Shown: positions 8,628 through 18,737, counted from the stretch's first letter. The stretch is 64,000 nt of DNA from an uncultured Acidobacteriota bacterium (GCA_963713825.1 CAVQNG010000003.1:1216001-1280000), one strand, 5' to 3'. The notes: generated from the sequence alone by a model not told the origin. Program-made: numbers and translations.

Positions 8628-9566
8628 ATGTTTGCCAAGCTGACGCCGTATATCGAGATCGCGCGACCCGATCACTGGTTCAAGAACGTCTTCATGCTGC
8701 CCGGCGTGGTGCTGGCCTTGATCTTCAGTCCGCAGCTGATGGACCCGTTCCCATGGAGAGGATTGATTCTGGCTGTGGTGTCCGCTTGCTTGGTGGCTTC
8801 CAGCAACTACGTGCTGAACGAGATCCTGGACAGCGAAAAGGACAGACATCACCCCCAAAAGCACCTGCGCCCGATTCCGAGCGGCAAGGTCAGCATCCCG
8901 GTGGCATATGCCGAGTGGTTGCTCCTTGGCGCGGTTGGAATAGGCGTTGGGTTCGCGATCAACTGGCGGTTCGGCCTGATTTCAGTGCTGCTCTGGGTGG
9001 CGGGTGCTGTCTACAATATTCCGCCGATCCGCCTGAAGGATCACGCCTACGCCGACGTGCTCAGCGAGTCGGTCAACAACCCCATTCGCTTGGCCATGGG
9101 CTGGTACGCAACCGGCATCACGGAGTTGCCCCCGACGTCGATGCTGCTGGCCTTTTGGATGTTCGGAGCCTTCCTGATGGCCATGAAGCGCTACGCCGAG
9201 TATCGGCACATCGACGACAGCGCCCGTGCGGCCAGGTACCGTGACTCCTTCGGCTATTACAACGAGGAACGACTCATCGAGAGCATCGTTTTCTACGGCA
9301 CGTTCTTTGGAATTCTCTCTGGGTTCTTCGCGGCGCGGTACCACGTGGAGCTGATCCTGGCGACCCCGATCGTCGCGTATGCCATGGCCTACTACATGCA
9401 CCTCGGCTTCAAGCCCGAGAGTCCAGTTCAGCGCCCAGAAGGGCTCTATCGCTCCCGCAAGCTGGTGTTCTTGATCCTTCTTGTCCTTGTTGCGGTCATG
9501 GTACTCATGATCGTCGACATCCCGACCTTCGAGGCCCTGATCAAGGCGACGCCGCTGAGCCGTTAG
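8628..9566 (+). CDS. UbiA family prenyltransferase, decaprenyl-phosphate phosphoribosyltransferase-like
   Basis: RPDHWFKN, YVLNEILDSEKDRHHPQKHLRPIPSG and KRYAE motifs; multi-TM. Confidence 0.85.
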   Translation: MFAKLTPYIEIARPDHWFKNVFMLPGVVLALIFSPQLMDPFPWRGLILAVVSACLVASSNYVLNEILDSEKDRHHPQKHLRPIPSGKVSIPVAYAEWLLLGAVGIGVGFAINWRFGLISVLLWVAGAVYNIPPIRLKDHAYADVLSESVNNPIRLAMGWYATGITELPPTSMLLAFWMFGAFLMAMKRYAEYRHIDDSARAARYRDSFGYYNEERLIESIVFYGTFFGILSGFFAARYHVELILATPIVAYAMAYYMHLGFKPESPVQRPEGLYRSRKLVFLILLVLVAVMVLMIVDIPTFEALIKATPLSR

Positions 9567-9757
9567 CGGATCAGCGCCGGACCAGCGGCGGTTATTCTCG
9601 GCTTCCACCCATCAGTCGCGGTACAGGTAGACGAGAGGCTGGACTCTCATGCTCTGGGTGGGAGTTGAATAAGATAGGGCACCTTTTTCGCAGAGAGTCA
9701 CGAACCGAGGTCGGTGGGCAGCTTGGAGACAGGAGCTCGAGGACGAGGAGTCGAACG

Positions 9758-11626
9758 ATGAATGGAATCAGAGGAATTGGGGTTGTAGTCGCTGTCTTGC
9801 TTGGGCTGACCGCTTGCGGTGGCCCTGCACCTGAGGAATCCAGCGACACCAAGCAGGCCGATCGAGCGGCTCAGGCGCCGAGCGCCGGCACGTCCCACCA
9901 AACCAACCCGCTGCGCGAGGTGTACTTCGGGGAAACCCATATGCACACGGCCTACTCGCTCGATGCCTATATCGGAGGTGCACGTCTGACCCCGGCTGAT
10001 GCCTATCGGTTCGCCAGGGGTGAGGCCGTCACGGTCGATGGCAAGGCGCACCAGCGCCAACGCCCCCTCGACTTCGTGGCGGTCTCCGATCACGCCGAGT
10101 ACATCGGCGAAATGTACTCCACGATGGTCGAAGGTGCTCCCGGGCATGATCAGGAGCTGCTCGAAGACCTGCGCAACCTGCAGACCCTCGAGGAGAAGCA
10201 GGCGTGGTTCGCCAAGTACGTGGTCGAGAACAACCGGGGCGACAATCCGAAGCACCCGCCGTTCTATCAAGGACCGGACACGACCCGTTCGGCCTGGCAG
10301 GTGGCAATCGACGCTGCCGAGCAATACAACGAGCCGGGACGTTTCACCGCTTTCGTCGCCTTCGAGTGGAGTGGCGCTCCCAACGGTGGCAACCTGCACC
10401 GCAATGTCATCTACCGCGATGCGCACGTACCGGACCTGCCCATGAGCTCGTACGAGCTTCGGCGCGAAGACCAGCTCTGGGAGTGGATGGCCGAGCATGA
10501 AGCGCTCGGGATGAAAGCTCTGGCCATCCCACACAACTCCAACGCGTCCAAACAGATGATGTTCGCGCCCAACGATGCGGCAGGCAATCCGATCGATCTC
10601 GAGTACGCCGAGAAGCGCCAGCATTTCGAGCCCCTGATCGAGATGATGCAGATCAAGGGTAACTCGGAGGTGCACCGCAAGTTCTGGGCGGCCGACGAGT
10701 TCGCCGATTTCGAGAACGCCGACTCGATCCAGAAGAACAGCGGTCGAACCTTCCAGAAGATGGATTTCGTTCGCGAGGGGCTGAAGCTGGGCCTCGCGCA
10801 TGAGCGCGAGCTCGGTGCAAACCCCTTCAAGTACGGATTCATCGGCGGCACCGACAACCACAACGGGGTTCCGTCCGATGTGGCCGAGGACTCGTTTGTG
10901 GGGGGGCATGGCCCCGAAGACGGCACTGTCGAGGCGCGCCGGACCGGAGGCGTCGGCGGGTGGATCGACGGCAAGGACTTGAGTATTGGGTCGCTGGCTG
11001 GAGTCTGGGCGACCGAGAACACCCGTGCCGGGATCTGGGACGCTATGAAGCGCCGTGAGACGTTTGCCACCAGTGGCCCACGAATCAAGGTGCGCATGTT
11101 CGGCGGCGTGGACTTGCCCGGCGAACCGGCAGACCCGCAGGCGATGGTCGAGCAGGGCTACGAGCTGGGCGTTCCGATGGGAGGTGATCTTGGCCCCACT
11201 GGCGCCGCGCCGACCTTGACGGTCTATGCCCTGAAGGACCCGGACGGCGCCAACTTGGACCGCATCCAGGTGATCAAGGGGTGGGTCGATGCGGACGGTG
11301 ATCTACACGAGGAGGTCGTGGATGTGGCCTGGTCCGGTGATCGTCAGCGAGGAGCGGATGGCAAGGTATCTGCCGTCGGCAATACAGTGGATCTGGAAAC
11401 CGCGAAGTTCACCAACGGCATCGGTGCGGCGACCCTGATCGGCAGCTGGCGGGACGAGAGCTTCGATCCCGAACAGCACGCCTTCTACTACGCGCGTGTG
11501 CTCGAAATCCCGACCCCGCGCTGGAGTACCTACGACGCCGTCCGTCACGATTTGCCGCTGCTCCAAGACGTGCCCGCCACCATTCAGGAACGCGCCTGGA
11601 CATCCCCGATCTGGTACACGCCCTGA
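9758..11626 (+). CDS. DUF3604 domain-containing lipoprotein (PHP-like metallohydrolase)
   Basis: FGETHMHT, DFVAVSDHAE, NLHRNV, IPHNSN, TDNH, NLDRIQVIKGW, QERAWTSPIWY; lipobox LTAC; GAGGAG RBS before the ATG at 9758. Confidence 0.9.
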   Translation: MNGIRGIGVVVAVLLGLTACGGPAPEESSDTKQADRAAQAPSAGTSHQTNPLREVYFGETHMHTAYSLDAYIGGARLTPADAYRFARGEAVTVDGKAHQRQRPLDFVAVSDHAEYIGEMYSTMVEGAPGHDQELLEDLRNLQTLEEKQAWFAKYVVENNRGDNPKHPPFYQGPDTTRSAWQVAIDAAEQYNEPGRFTAFVAFEWSGAPNGGNLHRNVIYRDAHVPDLPMSSYELRREDQLWEWMAEHEALGMKALAIPHNSNASKQMMFAPNDAAGNPIDLEYAEKRQHFEPLIEMMQIKGNSEVHRKFWAADEFADFENADSIQKNSGRTFQKMDFVREGLKLGLAHERELGANPFKYGFIGGTDNHNGVPSDVAEDSFVGGHGPEDGTVEARRTGGVGGWIDGKDLSIGSLAGVWATENTRAGIWDAMKRRETFATSGPRIKVRMFGGVDLPGEPADPQAMVEQGYELGVPMGGDLGPTGAAPTLTVYALKDPDGANLDRIQVIKGWVDADGDLHEEVVDVAWSGDRQRGADGKVSAVGNTVDLETAKFTNGIGAATLIGSWRDESFDPEQHAFYYARVLEIPTPRWSTYDAVRHDLPLLQDVPATIQERAWTSPIWYTP

Positions 11627-11630
11627 GTCG

Positions 11631-12635
11631 ATGGTCGAGGACAATTCTGGAATTCGGAGGCTGGTCCTGAGCAGGATATCCAGGCGAAAGCTGAGAGTTG
11701 GCATTCTTGCGACGCTGGGTCTGATGGGAGCGCTTCCAGATCCTGCCATGGCCCAGGGTGACGGTCCGCGCGTCTATCTGCTGGCACCGGTTGGAATCAA
11801 GGCGCTCAGCCTGACCTACATGGACATGGCGAGCAACATGAACTTTGCCGGCAATATCCTGATCCAGGATGTCGACTTCGAGAGCGATGTCGGCGCGCTC
11901 AACTACAACCACTTCTTTTCTCTGGGTGGGCGCTTCGCGGAGATCTGGGTAACGCCGATCTGGGGAACGGTCCGGGGGTCACTTGAAGTTGGAGACGATC
12001 CTCCTCCGATTATTCCCTTTCCGCCGGGGACGAATCTCGATGTTCCTTCGGAATCGGGCTTCGCGGATCCCTATGTGGCCATGCGGGTGGGTCTGCTCGG
12101 AGCGCCGGCGCTGAAGCCGGAAGAGTTCATGCGGCACAAGCAGGGCTTTCAAATGCACGCTTTGTTTGGCGCCAACGTGCCCATTGGCGACTACGACAGC
12201 GAGAGGCCGATCAATCTGGGCACCAACCGCTGGGCGGTCCGCCTGGGCCTACCCATGGTGCTGCCAGTTGGAAGTCCGGCGAAGCAGACCTACTGGGAGA
12301 TCGTTCCCAGTCTCATGCTCTTCACCGACAACTCGGATCCGTTCAAGGCAGAGCGACGCGAGCAGGACCCCCTCGGTATCGTCGAGTCGCATCTCTCCCG
12401 CAACTTCACCAAGAAGGTCTGGGGATCCCTCGATCTACGCTACCAACATGGCGGAGAAACGACCACGGATGGGGTTTCCGATGACAACCAACTCGGCCAG
12501 CTGGGGGGCGGTCTATCCTTGGGCTATGCGATCAATCGCAGCTGGTCGCTCTTTGCTGGGTATGGCGGAATCATCGCCAAGAACGACAACAGCAAGGGCG
12601 ATATGTTCCGCTTCCGCCTGATAAGGGTTTTCTGA
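11631..12635 (+). CDS. outer-membrane beta-barrel transporter (Phenol_MetA_deg/COG4313-like)
   Basis: Signal peptide, SGFADP, PIGDYD...NLGTNRW, alternating beta-strand pattern, C-terminal Phe; starts 4 nt after the DUF3604 stop. Confidence 0.8.
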   Translation: MVEDNSGIRRLVLSRISRRKLRVGILATLGLMGALPDPAMAQGDGPRVYLLAPVGIKALSLTYMDMASNMNFAGNILIQDVDFESDVGALNYNHFFSLGGRFAEIWVTPIWGTVRGSLEVGDDPPPIIPFPPGTNLDVPSESGFADPYVAMRVGLLGAPALKPEEFMRHKQGFQMHALFGANVPIGDYDSERPINLGTNRWAVRLGLPMVLPVGSPAKQTYWEIVPSLMLFTDNSDPFKAERREQDPLGIVESHLSRNFTKKVWGSLDLRYQHGGETTTDGVSDDNQLGQLGGGLSLGYAINRSWSLFAGYGGIIAKNDNSKGDMFRFRLIRVF

Positions 12636-12689
12636 CGTCTCGGTCACACCGAACGGATAAGAGAATAGCGCTCTGAGGAGGACAGGACC

Positions 12690-14615
12690 ATGAAGCGAAG
12701 AACACACCTGATAGGTCAAGGTTTCGTCGTCGGGCTAGCCCTATTGCTGGCTGCGATTCCGGTCGGTGCACAGGAAGCATCTGGTATCAAAGTCGACCCC
12801 GACAACAACTACTCGCCCTATGCGGGCCGCGACTACCCGACGCAGGTCTTTTTCGGCGACACCCACCACCACACTGCCAATTCCGGGGACGCCTTCATGA
12901 ACGGCGACCGACTGTCCCCAGAGGAGGCCTACCGATTTGCCCGAGGGGAAGAAGTGGTGTCGTCTTCGGGCGTGCGGGTCAAGCTCTCTCGACCGATGGA
13001 TTTCCTGGTCATCTCCGATCACGCCGAGGGACTCGGCTCGATGTTTGAGATCTATAACGAGAATCCGGTGTTCATGGAGGATCCCACCCTGAAGCGTTGG
13101 AGCGAGATGATGCACGCTGGTGGCACCGAATCTGGGACGGCGATGAATGAGCTCATCTCGGCGCAGGCTCAGGGGACACTCCCCGAAGTGGTGACCGATC
13201 CAGCGACCGCCGGCCCCCTGATGAAGACTATCTGGGAGGCCTATACAGAAACCGCCAAAGAGTTCAACGACCCCGGCCGCTTCACGGCAATGATCGGCTA
13301 CGAGTGGACCTCGGTACCGAGTGGCAACAACCTGCACCGCAATGTCCTCTTCCGGGACAATAAGGACAAGGCCGACCAGATCCTGCCCTTCTCCTCCTGG
13401 GATAGCGAGGATCCGGAGAAGCTCTGGGAGTGGATGGCGGCCTACGAAGAGAAGACCGGTGGCAAGCTGCTCGCCATTCCCCACAACGGCAACCTGTCGA
13501 ACGGTCGCATGTTCGAGGCAGTCGACTTCGAGGGTCATGCCCTGACCCGCGACTACGCCGAGCGCCGCACCCGCTGGGAGCGTTTGCAGGAGGTCATGCA
13601 GACCAAGGGCAACAGCGAGACCCACCCGACTCTTTCGCCCAACGACGAGTTCGCCGACTACGGAATCGCTGGATGGGAATACGGCAACCTGACCATGGAG
13701 GATGAACCGGAGAGCCCGGAGATGAGGCCCCATATGTATCTCCGTGGCGGATTGATGAGCGGTCTGCGCATGGAGCAGGATCTCGGCGCCAATCCCTTCA
13801 AGTTCGGCATGATCGGTGGCACCGACGTGCATAACTCCTTGACCTCGATTGAAGAAGACAACTTCATGGGCAAGCATGTGATCCAAGAGCCCAGACCAGA
13901 GCGCTGGGAGCATGTCTCCAAACAGGGCTTCGGCGAGACTCGCTACACCTGGCACTACACCGCCGCCGGTTACGCGGCGGTGTGGGCCACGGAGAACACG
14001 CGCGAGGCGCTGTGGGACGCAATGTGGCGGCGGGAGGTCTACGCCACCTCGGGAACCAGGATGACGGTGCGCTTCTTCGGCGGCTGGGAGTTCGATGCTG
14101 AGGATGCCCAGACGCGGTATCTCGCCAAGGCGGGCTACGCAAAGGGTGTTCCCATGGGTGGTGACCTGAAGAGTGCACCCGCAGGTAAGGCGCCCACCTT
14201 TCTCGTCGCCGCGATGAAGGACCCGATGTTCGGCAACCTCGACCGCATCCAGATCGTCAAGGGCTGGCTGGACTCGGATGGCAAGACCCACGAGAAGATC
14301 TATGACGTAGCCTGGGGCGACGCTGAGAACCGAACTCCCGGACCTGACGGAAAGCTGCCTCCAGTCGGCGATACGGTAGACGTCGAACGCGCCACCTGGT
14401 CCAACACCATCGGTGACCCGGAGCTGGTCGCCGTCTGGCAGGACCCCGATTTCGATGCCTCGGAGAGTGCCTTCTACTATGCTCGGGTGCTCGAGATCCC
14501 GACCCCACGGTGGACCGCCTACGACGTGCTGCGCTACGGAGTGGAGATGTCACCCGAAGTGCCGATGAAAGGCCAGGAACGCGCCTGGACTTCGCCGATA
14601 TGGTACACGCCGTAG
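12690..14615 (+). CDS. DUF3604 domain-containing protein (second paralog, Sec signal)
   Basis: FGDTHHHT, SDHAE, NLHRNV, IPHNGN, TDVH, QERAWTSPIWY; GAGGAGG RBS. Confidence 0.92.
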   Translation: MKRRTHLIGQGFVVGLALLLAAIPVGAQEASGIKVDPDNNYSPYAGRDYPTQVFFGDTHHHTANSGDAFMNGDRLSPEEAYRFARGEEVVSSSGVRVKLSRPMDFLVISDHAEGLGSMFEIYNENPVFMEDPTLKRWSEMMHAGGTESGTAMNELISAQAQGTLPEVVTDPATAGPLMKTIWEAYTETAKEFNDPGRFTAMIGYEWTSVPSGNNLHRNVLFRDNKDKADQILPFSSWDSEDPEKLWEWMAAYEEKTGGKLLAIPHNGNLSNGRMFEAVDFEGHALTRDYAERRTRWERLQEVMQTKGNSETHPTLSPNDEFADYGIAGWEYGNLTMEDEPESPEMRPHMYLRGGLMSGLRMEQDLGANPFKFGMIGGTDVHNSLTSIEEDNFMGKHVIQEPRPERWEHVSKQGFGETRYTWHYTAAGYAAVWATENTREALWDAMWRREVYATSGTRMTVRFFGGWEFDAEDAQTRYLAKAGYAKGVPMGGDLKSAPAGKAPTFLVAAMKDPMFGNLDRIQIVKGWLDSDGKTHEKIYDVAWGDAENRTPGPDGKLPPVGDTVDVERATWSNTIGDPELVAVWQDPDFDASESAFYYARVLEIPTPRWTAYDVLRYGVEMSPEVPMKGQERAWTSPIWYTP

Positions 14616-14671
14616 CTCGCGACAAAGCTATGACACAGTAGAGAGACATCCAACAGCAGAAGGAGAAGACC

Positions 14672-14866
14672 ATGGGAATTGGCAAGAAAGCAGTTACGCA
14701 CAAGGGCAAGAAAATCGTCGAAGGCGTTACAGAGGACATTCCGGTCGTCGGTGATCTGGTGGACAGCAGCGTCAAATCCGGGCCCATGGATCGAGCCGAC
14801 GACAGCCTCGACAGGACCAAGGACAAGTTCGACCGCGACAAGAAGAAGGGGGTCTTGAAAAGATAA
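14672..14866 (+). CDS. small highly charged hypothetical protein
   Basis: AGGAG RBS; 64 aa, Lys/Asp-rich. Confidence 0.6.
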   Translation: MGIGKKAVTHKGKKIVEGVTEDIPVVGDLVDSSVKSGPMDRADDSLDRTKDKFDRDKKKGVLKR

Positions 14867-14869
14867 AAG

Positions 14870-15655
14870 GTGAGCGTTCGGATTCTTTGCATCAGACACC
14901 TCATCATCGGCGTTGTACTTGTCGTCACTGTAGGTGCTTCAGTGGCAAAGCCTGAGCACGGAATCAGACCTCGCAATTCCGAGTGGTGGTCACAAGTCGA
15001 GCCGATCGAAGGATCCCTGGACAACGGGCGATGGAAGTATGCGCGTCGCAATACGATCAACCTGACAGAGACCATTCTCAAGGAGAGTTGGAAAGACCGG
15101 GAGCTCGATGCGCTGCTTGGGGAGCTGGCGCTGTATCGGGCGATCGCCGAAGTGAATCTTGGCCAACGGGAAACGGCGAACTGGTATTGGCACACGGCTC
15201 TGAACCCGAATCGTCGTATCGCCGAACGTGATCTCACGTCCTACGGCATGGCTGCCACATCGCTGAGCGAGGCTCCCAAGCGCAAGAAGGGAGAGATTCC
15301 GGCCAGCTTCCTGGGTGGAGCCGCCACCCCAGACGGTCCGGTGACACCTCCGGAGTTTCCGGATGTCACGGTCCCAACTCTTCTCAACAACACGGCGGCC
15401 GCACGCCATAGATCGGCCGATTTCGAGGTCGAAATCATTGTCGACGAGAAGGGGCGCATCCATCAGCCGGTCGTGGTCAGCCGCCACCTCAACCCGGTGG
15501 TCATCTTCGCCTGCCTGGACTGGATGCACGGAGTCCCAAAGCTCGAGCCGGCTCAGTTCAAGGGTCGGCCAGTGGCAGCCACCTATACGGTGATAATCGA
15601 GTTTCAGATCAACCCGTACTCGGGAGCCCTGGTGATCACCGAGGAGCCCGACTAG
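14870..15655 (+). CDS. secreted protein with TPR-like helix and TonB C-terminal-like domain
   Basis: Signal-like N-terminus, Pro-rich linker, then EIIVDEKGRI...PAQFKGRPVA..YTVIIEF as in TonB-C. Confidence 0.65.
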   Translation: MSVRILCIRHLIIGVVLVVTVGASVAKPEHGIRPRNSEWWSQVEPIEGSLDNGRWKYARRNTINLTETILKESWKDRELDALLGELALYRAIAEVNLGQRETANWYWHTALNPNRRIAERDLTSYGMAATSLSEAPKRKKGEIPASFLGGAATPDGPVTPPEFPDVTVPTLLNNTAAARHRSADFEVEIIVDEKGRIHQPVVVSRHLNPVVIFACLDWMHGVPKLEPAQFKGRPVAATYTVIIEFQINPYSGALVITEEPD

Positions 15656-15857
15656 TTTCGAGGTGCGTCTGCGGGCAGGAAGCCGGCCTGGCACCCGCGG
15701 CGAGTTTGTTGGTTGTTTCGTTTGCCCGCTAGTCGCGAACCGTTTGCATGCACGAGAATCGTCAGCAATTGTAGTAAGGTCGGCGGCCCCCATCTGACGC
15801 ACTCGCTGTGGTGGGGTAGTGTTGAGGAACCTGCTGAGAGGTTCTGGAGGGATACCG

Positions 15858-18737
15858 ATGAGCGGAGTCAAGGAGTGGTTCGCATCATGGCGGCTGATGA
15901 GCTGGCGCAGTGCGCTGGTCGCGGCTTTCATCCTCTACACACTAGTCGGGTTCTTGGTCGTACCCTGGGTCGCCGAGAAGGTGATCGTGAACATGGCCCA
16001 CGACAAGCTCGGTCGCGAGGTCACTGTCGACAAGATCCGCTGCAACCCGTTCACGCTGTCCTTGACGGTGGAGCGGCTGAATCTGCCGGACCGCCCCGGC
16101 TCCACCATGCTGTCGTTCGACGAGATGTACGCCAACCTGCAGGCGTCGAGTCTGTTTCGTTGGGCCTTCACGCTCAAGGAGGTGCGCATCGAGAACCCCT
16201 ATGTCGCGCTGCGGCGGTTCGAGGACGGTGGCATCAACGTCCTGGAGGTGAAGGAGGTACTCGGCAACACCATGGACTTCAGTGACGAGGCTTTTGGTTT
16301 GCCGCGCGCTCTGCTGCGAGAGATCTACATCAACGACGCCCATTTCGACATCGAGGATCGCGCTCGGGAGGAGCCATTGCTCTGGCCCGGTGGTCCCGCA
16401 CAGCTCGTGCTCAGTGAGATCTCGACGATTCCGGACGGGCTCGGTACCAACGACATCGCGATCGGACTTTGGGCGGGTGGCACGATCCGAATTGCAGGCA
16501 GTGTGGTCGTCGAGCCGTTCGGGCTCGAGGGCGCTCTGTCCATCGACAAGATCATCGCCGCGGACCTGTGGCCGGCAATCGGCCACAAGTTCGAGTTCGG
16601 GGTCCAGGGAGGTGAGGTTGCCACGGACCTGAGATATCGAATCTGGCTGGGAGAAGAAGGACTGGGCTTGCATGTGGATGGCCTCGAAGCGCAGGTGTCC
16701 GATTTGTCGGTCAGCGCACCCGATTCGGACTCCGACCTGGTGCAAGCTCCAGCGATCGTGGTTTCGGGTGGATCGCTTATGTGGCCGGAGGCGAGACTGG
16801 AAGCCGAGTCTGTGGTGGTGGAGGGCGCCAACGCTGCCGTATGGCTGGAGCCCGACGGGACGCCCGTGTGGAAGACACTCGTTCCCGAGGAGACCCGGCA
16901 GGAGCTGATCGATCTCTGGGAGAGGCTCAACGAGGAGTACTCACCAGTTGCAACGCTTCAGCACTTCGAGGTGAACGGTGCCACTGCGGTCTTCGAGGAT
17001 CGCACTTTCGAAGAGCCGGTTCGAGTGGAGGCATCCGATGCAGCTGTCGTGGTAACGGACATCAGCAGCGAGCCAGGATCGCAATGGGGGCTCGAGGCCT
17101 CCGCGGCACTTGCGGGTGGGGCGCCGGCATCGGCGATTGGGACCATGATGGCGAGCCCTCTGACCGTGGATGCCGAAGTCGGTGTCGAAGGCCTGGACCT
17201 GGCGCAATTCCAGCCCTATGTCGGCAAGTTCGTGCCGGTCGAGCTGCGGGCGGGACAAATGACGGCCAGCGGCAAGGCTCGTCTCGCACCGAGTGAGGAA
17301 GGTCCCGACGTGACATTCGAGGGCACCGCCAGCGTCGGTGACCTCGATCTCGTCGAGACAGTCACTGACAGCTCGCTTTTGAAGTGGGGTGAGCTGAAGA
17401 TCGACGGCATCCAAGCAGCCCTGCTGCCGACCTCGGCCGAGGTGGCGAAGGTGGACATCCACGATGCGGGTCTCGAGGTCATCGTGGCCGAGGATGGAGC
17501 CATCAATGTCTTGGAGTTCTTCAATGAAATCGCGCCGGACTTGGAGAAGCTGCCTCCGGCTCACATCGCGCAGGTCGAGTTGCATGATTGCTTCGGCCGC
17601 TACTTCGAAGAGAATCCGACTCGACCGTTCGAGCTGTCGCTCGAAGCCGTCAACGGCACCGTCGTGGGCTTCGCCACTAACGCCACCACGACTTCGGAAC
17701 TGGAGGTCGATGCGGCTATCAGCACGGGCGGGGCGGTCCGGGTCACTGGGGAGTTGGACCCGCTCGACTACACCCGAATCACCGACATGCAGGTCGACGT
17801 GCGAGACGTTCACCTGCCCCCCATGTCCCCGAAGTCTGCCAAGCTCGTAGGTCATCCTGTCGACGCCGGTACGGCGAGCCTCGACCTGGACATCGAGATC
17901 ACCGATCAGCAACTCGTCTCGGAAAACCACGTCGTAATCACCAATCTTCAGCTCGGTGAGAGGGTCGACGGAGATCGCGTGATCGACCTGCCGGTGAAGC
18001 TCGGAGTCAAGCTGCTCAAGGACAAGAACGGACAGATCACCCTCGACATCCCGGTGGAGGGGGACATGAGCAACCCGGATTTCGTCATGACGGCGGCGTT
18101 CACCTCGGCGTTCAAGGGGCTGGTCGGCGAGATCGCGAAGTCTCCCTTCCGGATGCTGGGTCGCCTGGCTGGAGGCTCCGATGACCAGAATCTCGAGTTC
18201 GTGGACTTCGCGGTGGGCAGTACCGAGCTCGAATCCCCTGTGACGACGAATCTCGATACCCTGGCGAAGGCGCTCGCCGAGCGCCCCGCCCTGGTTTTAG
18301 AGATTGCCGGAACGGTGGACCCAGAGGCCGATGCGGCCGGCCTGCGCAAGACCGCTTTGGAGGACCAACTGGGCTCCGAAGGAATCGACATCGCAGAGCT
18401 GAAGACCGGCGAGCTCAGCAGTTTGGAGAAGAGGGTCCGGAACACGGCTCCAGGATCTGATGTCGATAGCATTCGAGCCCGGTACACCTCGGGCACCGAG
18501 GAGCCGACGCTGGACGAGCCTGCCTACCGGAGGGCCCTGCTAGACGAGTTGATCGCTGCGCAGGCCATCGACGAGGTCCAGGTCCAGTCCCTCGCCGGCG
18601 CTCGTGCGGAGGCCATCCGCTCGTATCTGGTCGACACTGCTGGGGTCGACACCGCTCGTGTCGAAGTTCGTCCTGAGCCAGTCACGGTGAACGAAGGGGA
18701 GGATCCGGTCCGTTGTCAGCTCGTGTTGCGAGATTAG
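15858..18737 (+). CDS. DUF748 domain-containing protein (AsmA-like)
   Basis: N-terminal TM (YTLVGFLVVP), NPFTL, LPVKLGVKLLKDKNGQITLDIPVEGD, and an OmpA-like C-terminus (LAERPAL...LAGARAEAIRSYL). Confidence 0.88.
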   Translation: MSGVKEWFASWRLMSWRSALVAAFILYTLVGFLVVPWVAEKVIVNMAHDKLGREVTVDKIRCNPFTLSLTVERLNLPDRPGSTMLSFDEMYANLQASSLFRWAFTLKEVRIENPYVALRRFEDGGINVLEVKEVLGNTMDFSDEAFGLPRALLREIYINDAHFDIEDRAREEPLLWPGGPAQLVLSEISTIPDGLGTNDIAIGLWAGGTIRIAGSVVVEPFGLEGALSIDKIIAADLWPAIGHKFEFGVQGGEVATDLRYRIWLGEEGLGLHVDGLEAQVSDLSVSAPDSDSDLVQAPAIVVSGGSLMWPEARLEAESVVVEGANAAVWLEPDGTPVWKTLVPEETRQELIDLWERLNEEYSPVATLQHFEVNGATAVFEDRTFEEPVRVEASDAAVVVTDISSEPGSQWGLEASAALAGGAPASAIGTMMASPLTVDAEVGVEGLDLAQFQPYVGKFVPVELRAGQMTASGKARLAPSEEGPDVTFEGTASVGDLDLVETVTDSSLLKWGELKIDGIQAALLPTSAEVAKVDIHDAGLEVIVAEDGAINVLEFFNEIAPDLEKLPPAHIAQVELHDCFGRYFEENPTRPFELSLEAVNGTVVGFATNATTTSELEVDAAISTGGAVRVTGELDPLDYTRITDMQVDVRDVHLPPMSPKSAKLVGHPVDAGTASLDLDIEITDQQLVSENHVVITNLQLGERVDGDRVIDLPVKLGVKLLKDKNGQITLDIPVEGDMSNPDFVMTAAFTSAFKGLVGEIAKSPFRMLGRLAGGSDDQNLEFVDFAVGSTELESPVTTNLDTLAKALAERPALVLEIAGTVDPEADAAGLRKTALEDQLGSEGIDIAELKTGELSSLEKRVRNTAPGSDVDSIRARYTSGTEEPTLDEPAYRRALLDELIAAQAIDEVQVQSLAGARAEAIRSYLVDTAGVDTARVEVRPEPVTVNEGEDPVRCQLVLRD

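Noticed and set aside
9698-14291. Long antisense ORFs (403 aa, 516 aa) and similar ones across the window, e.g. 34216-35844, 35534-37381, 43624-45141, 47960-49660
   Set aside because: Shadow ORFs expected from high-GC codon bias; they overlap well-supported genes and carry no motifs.
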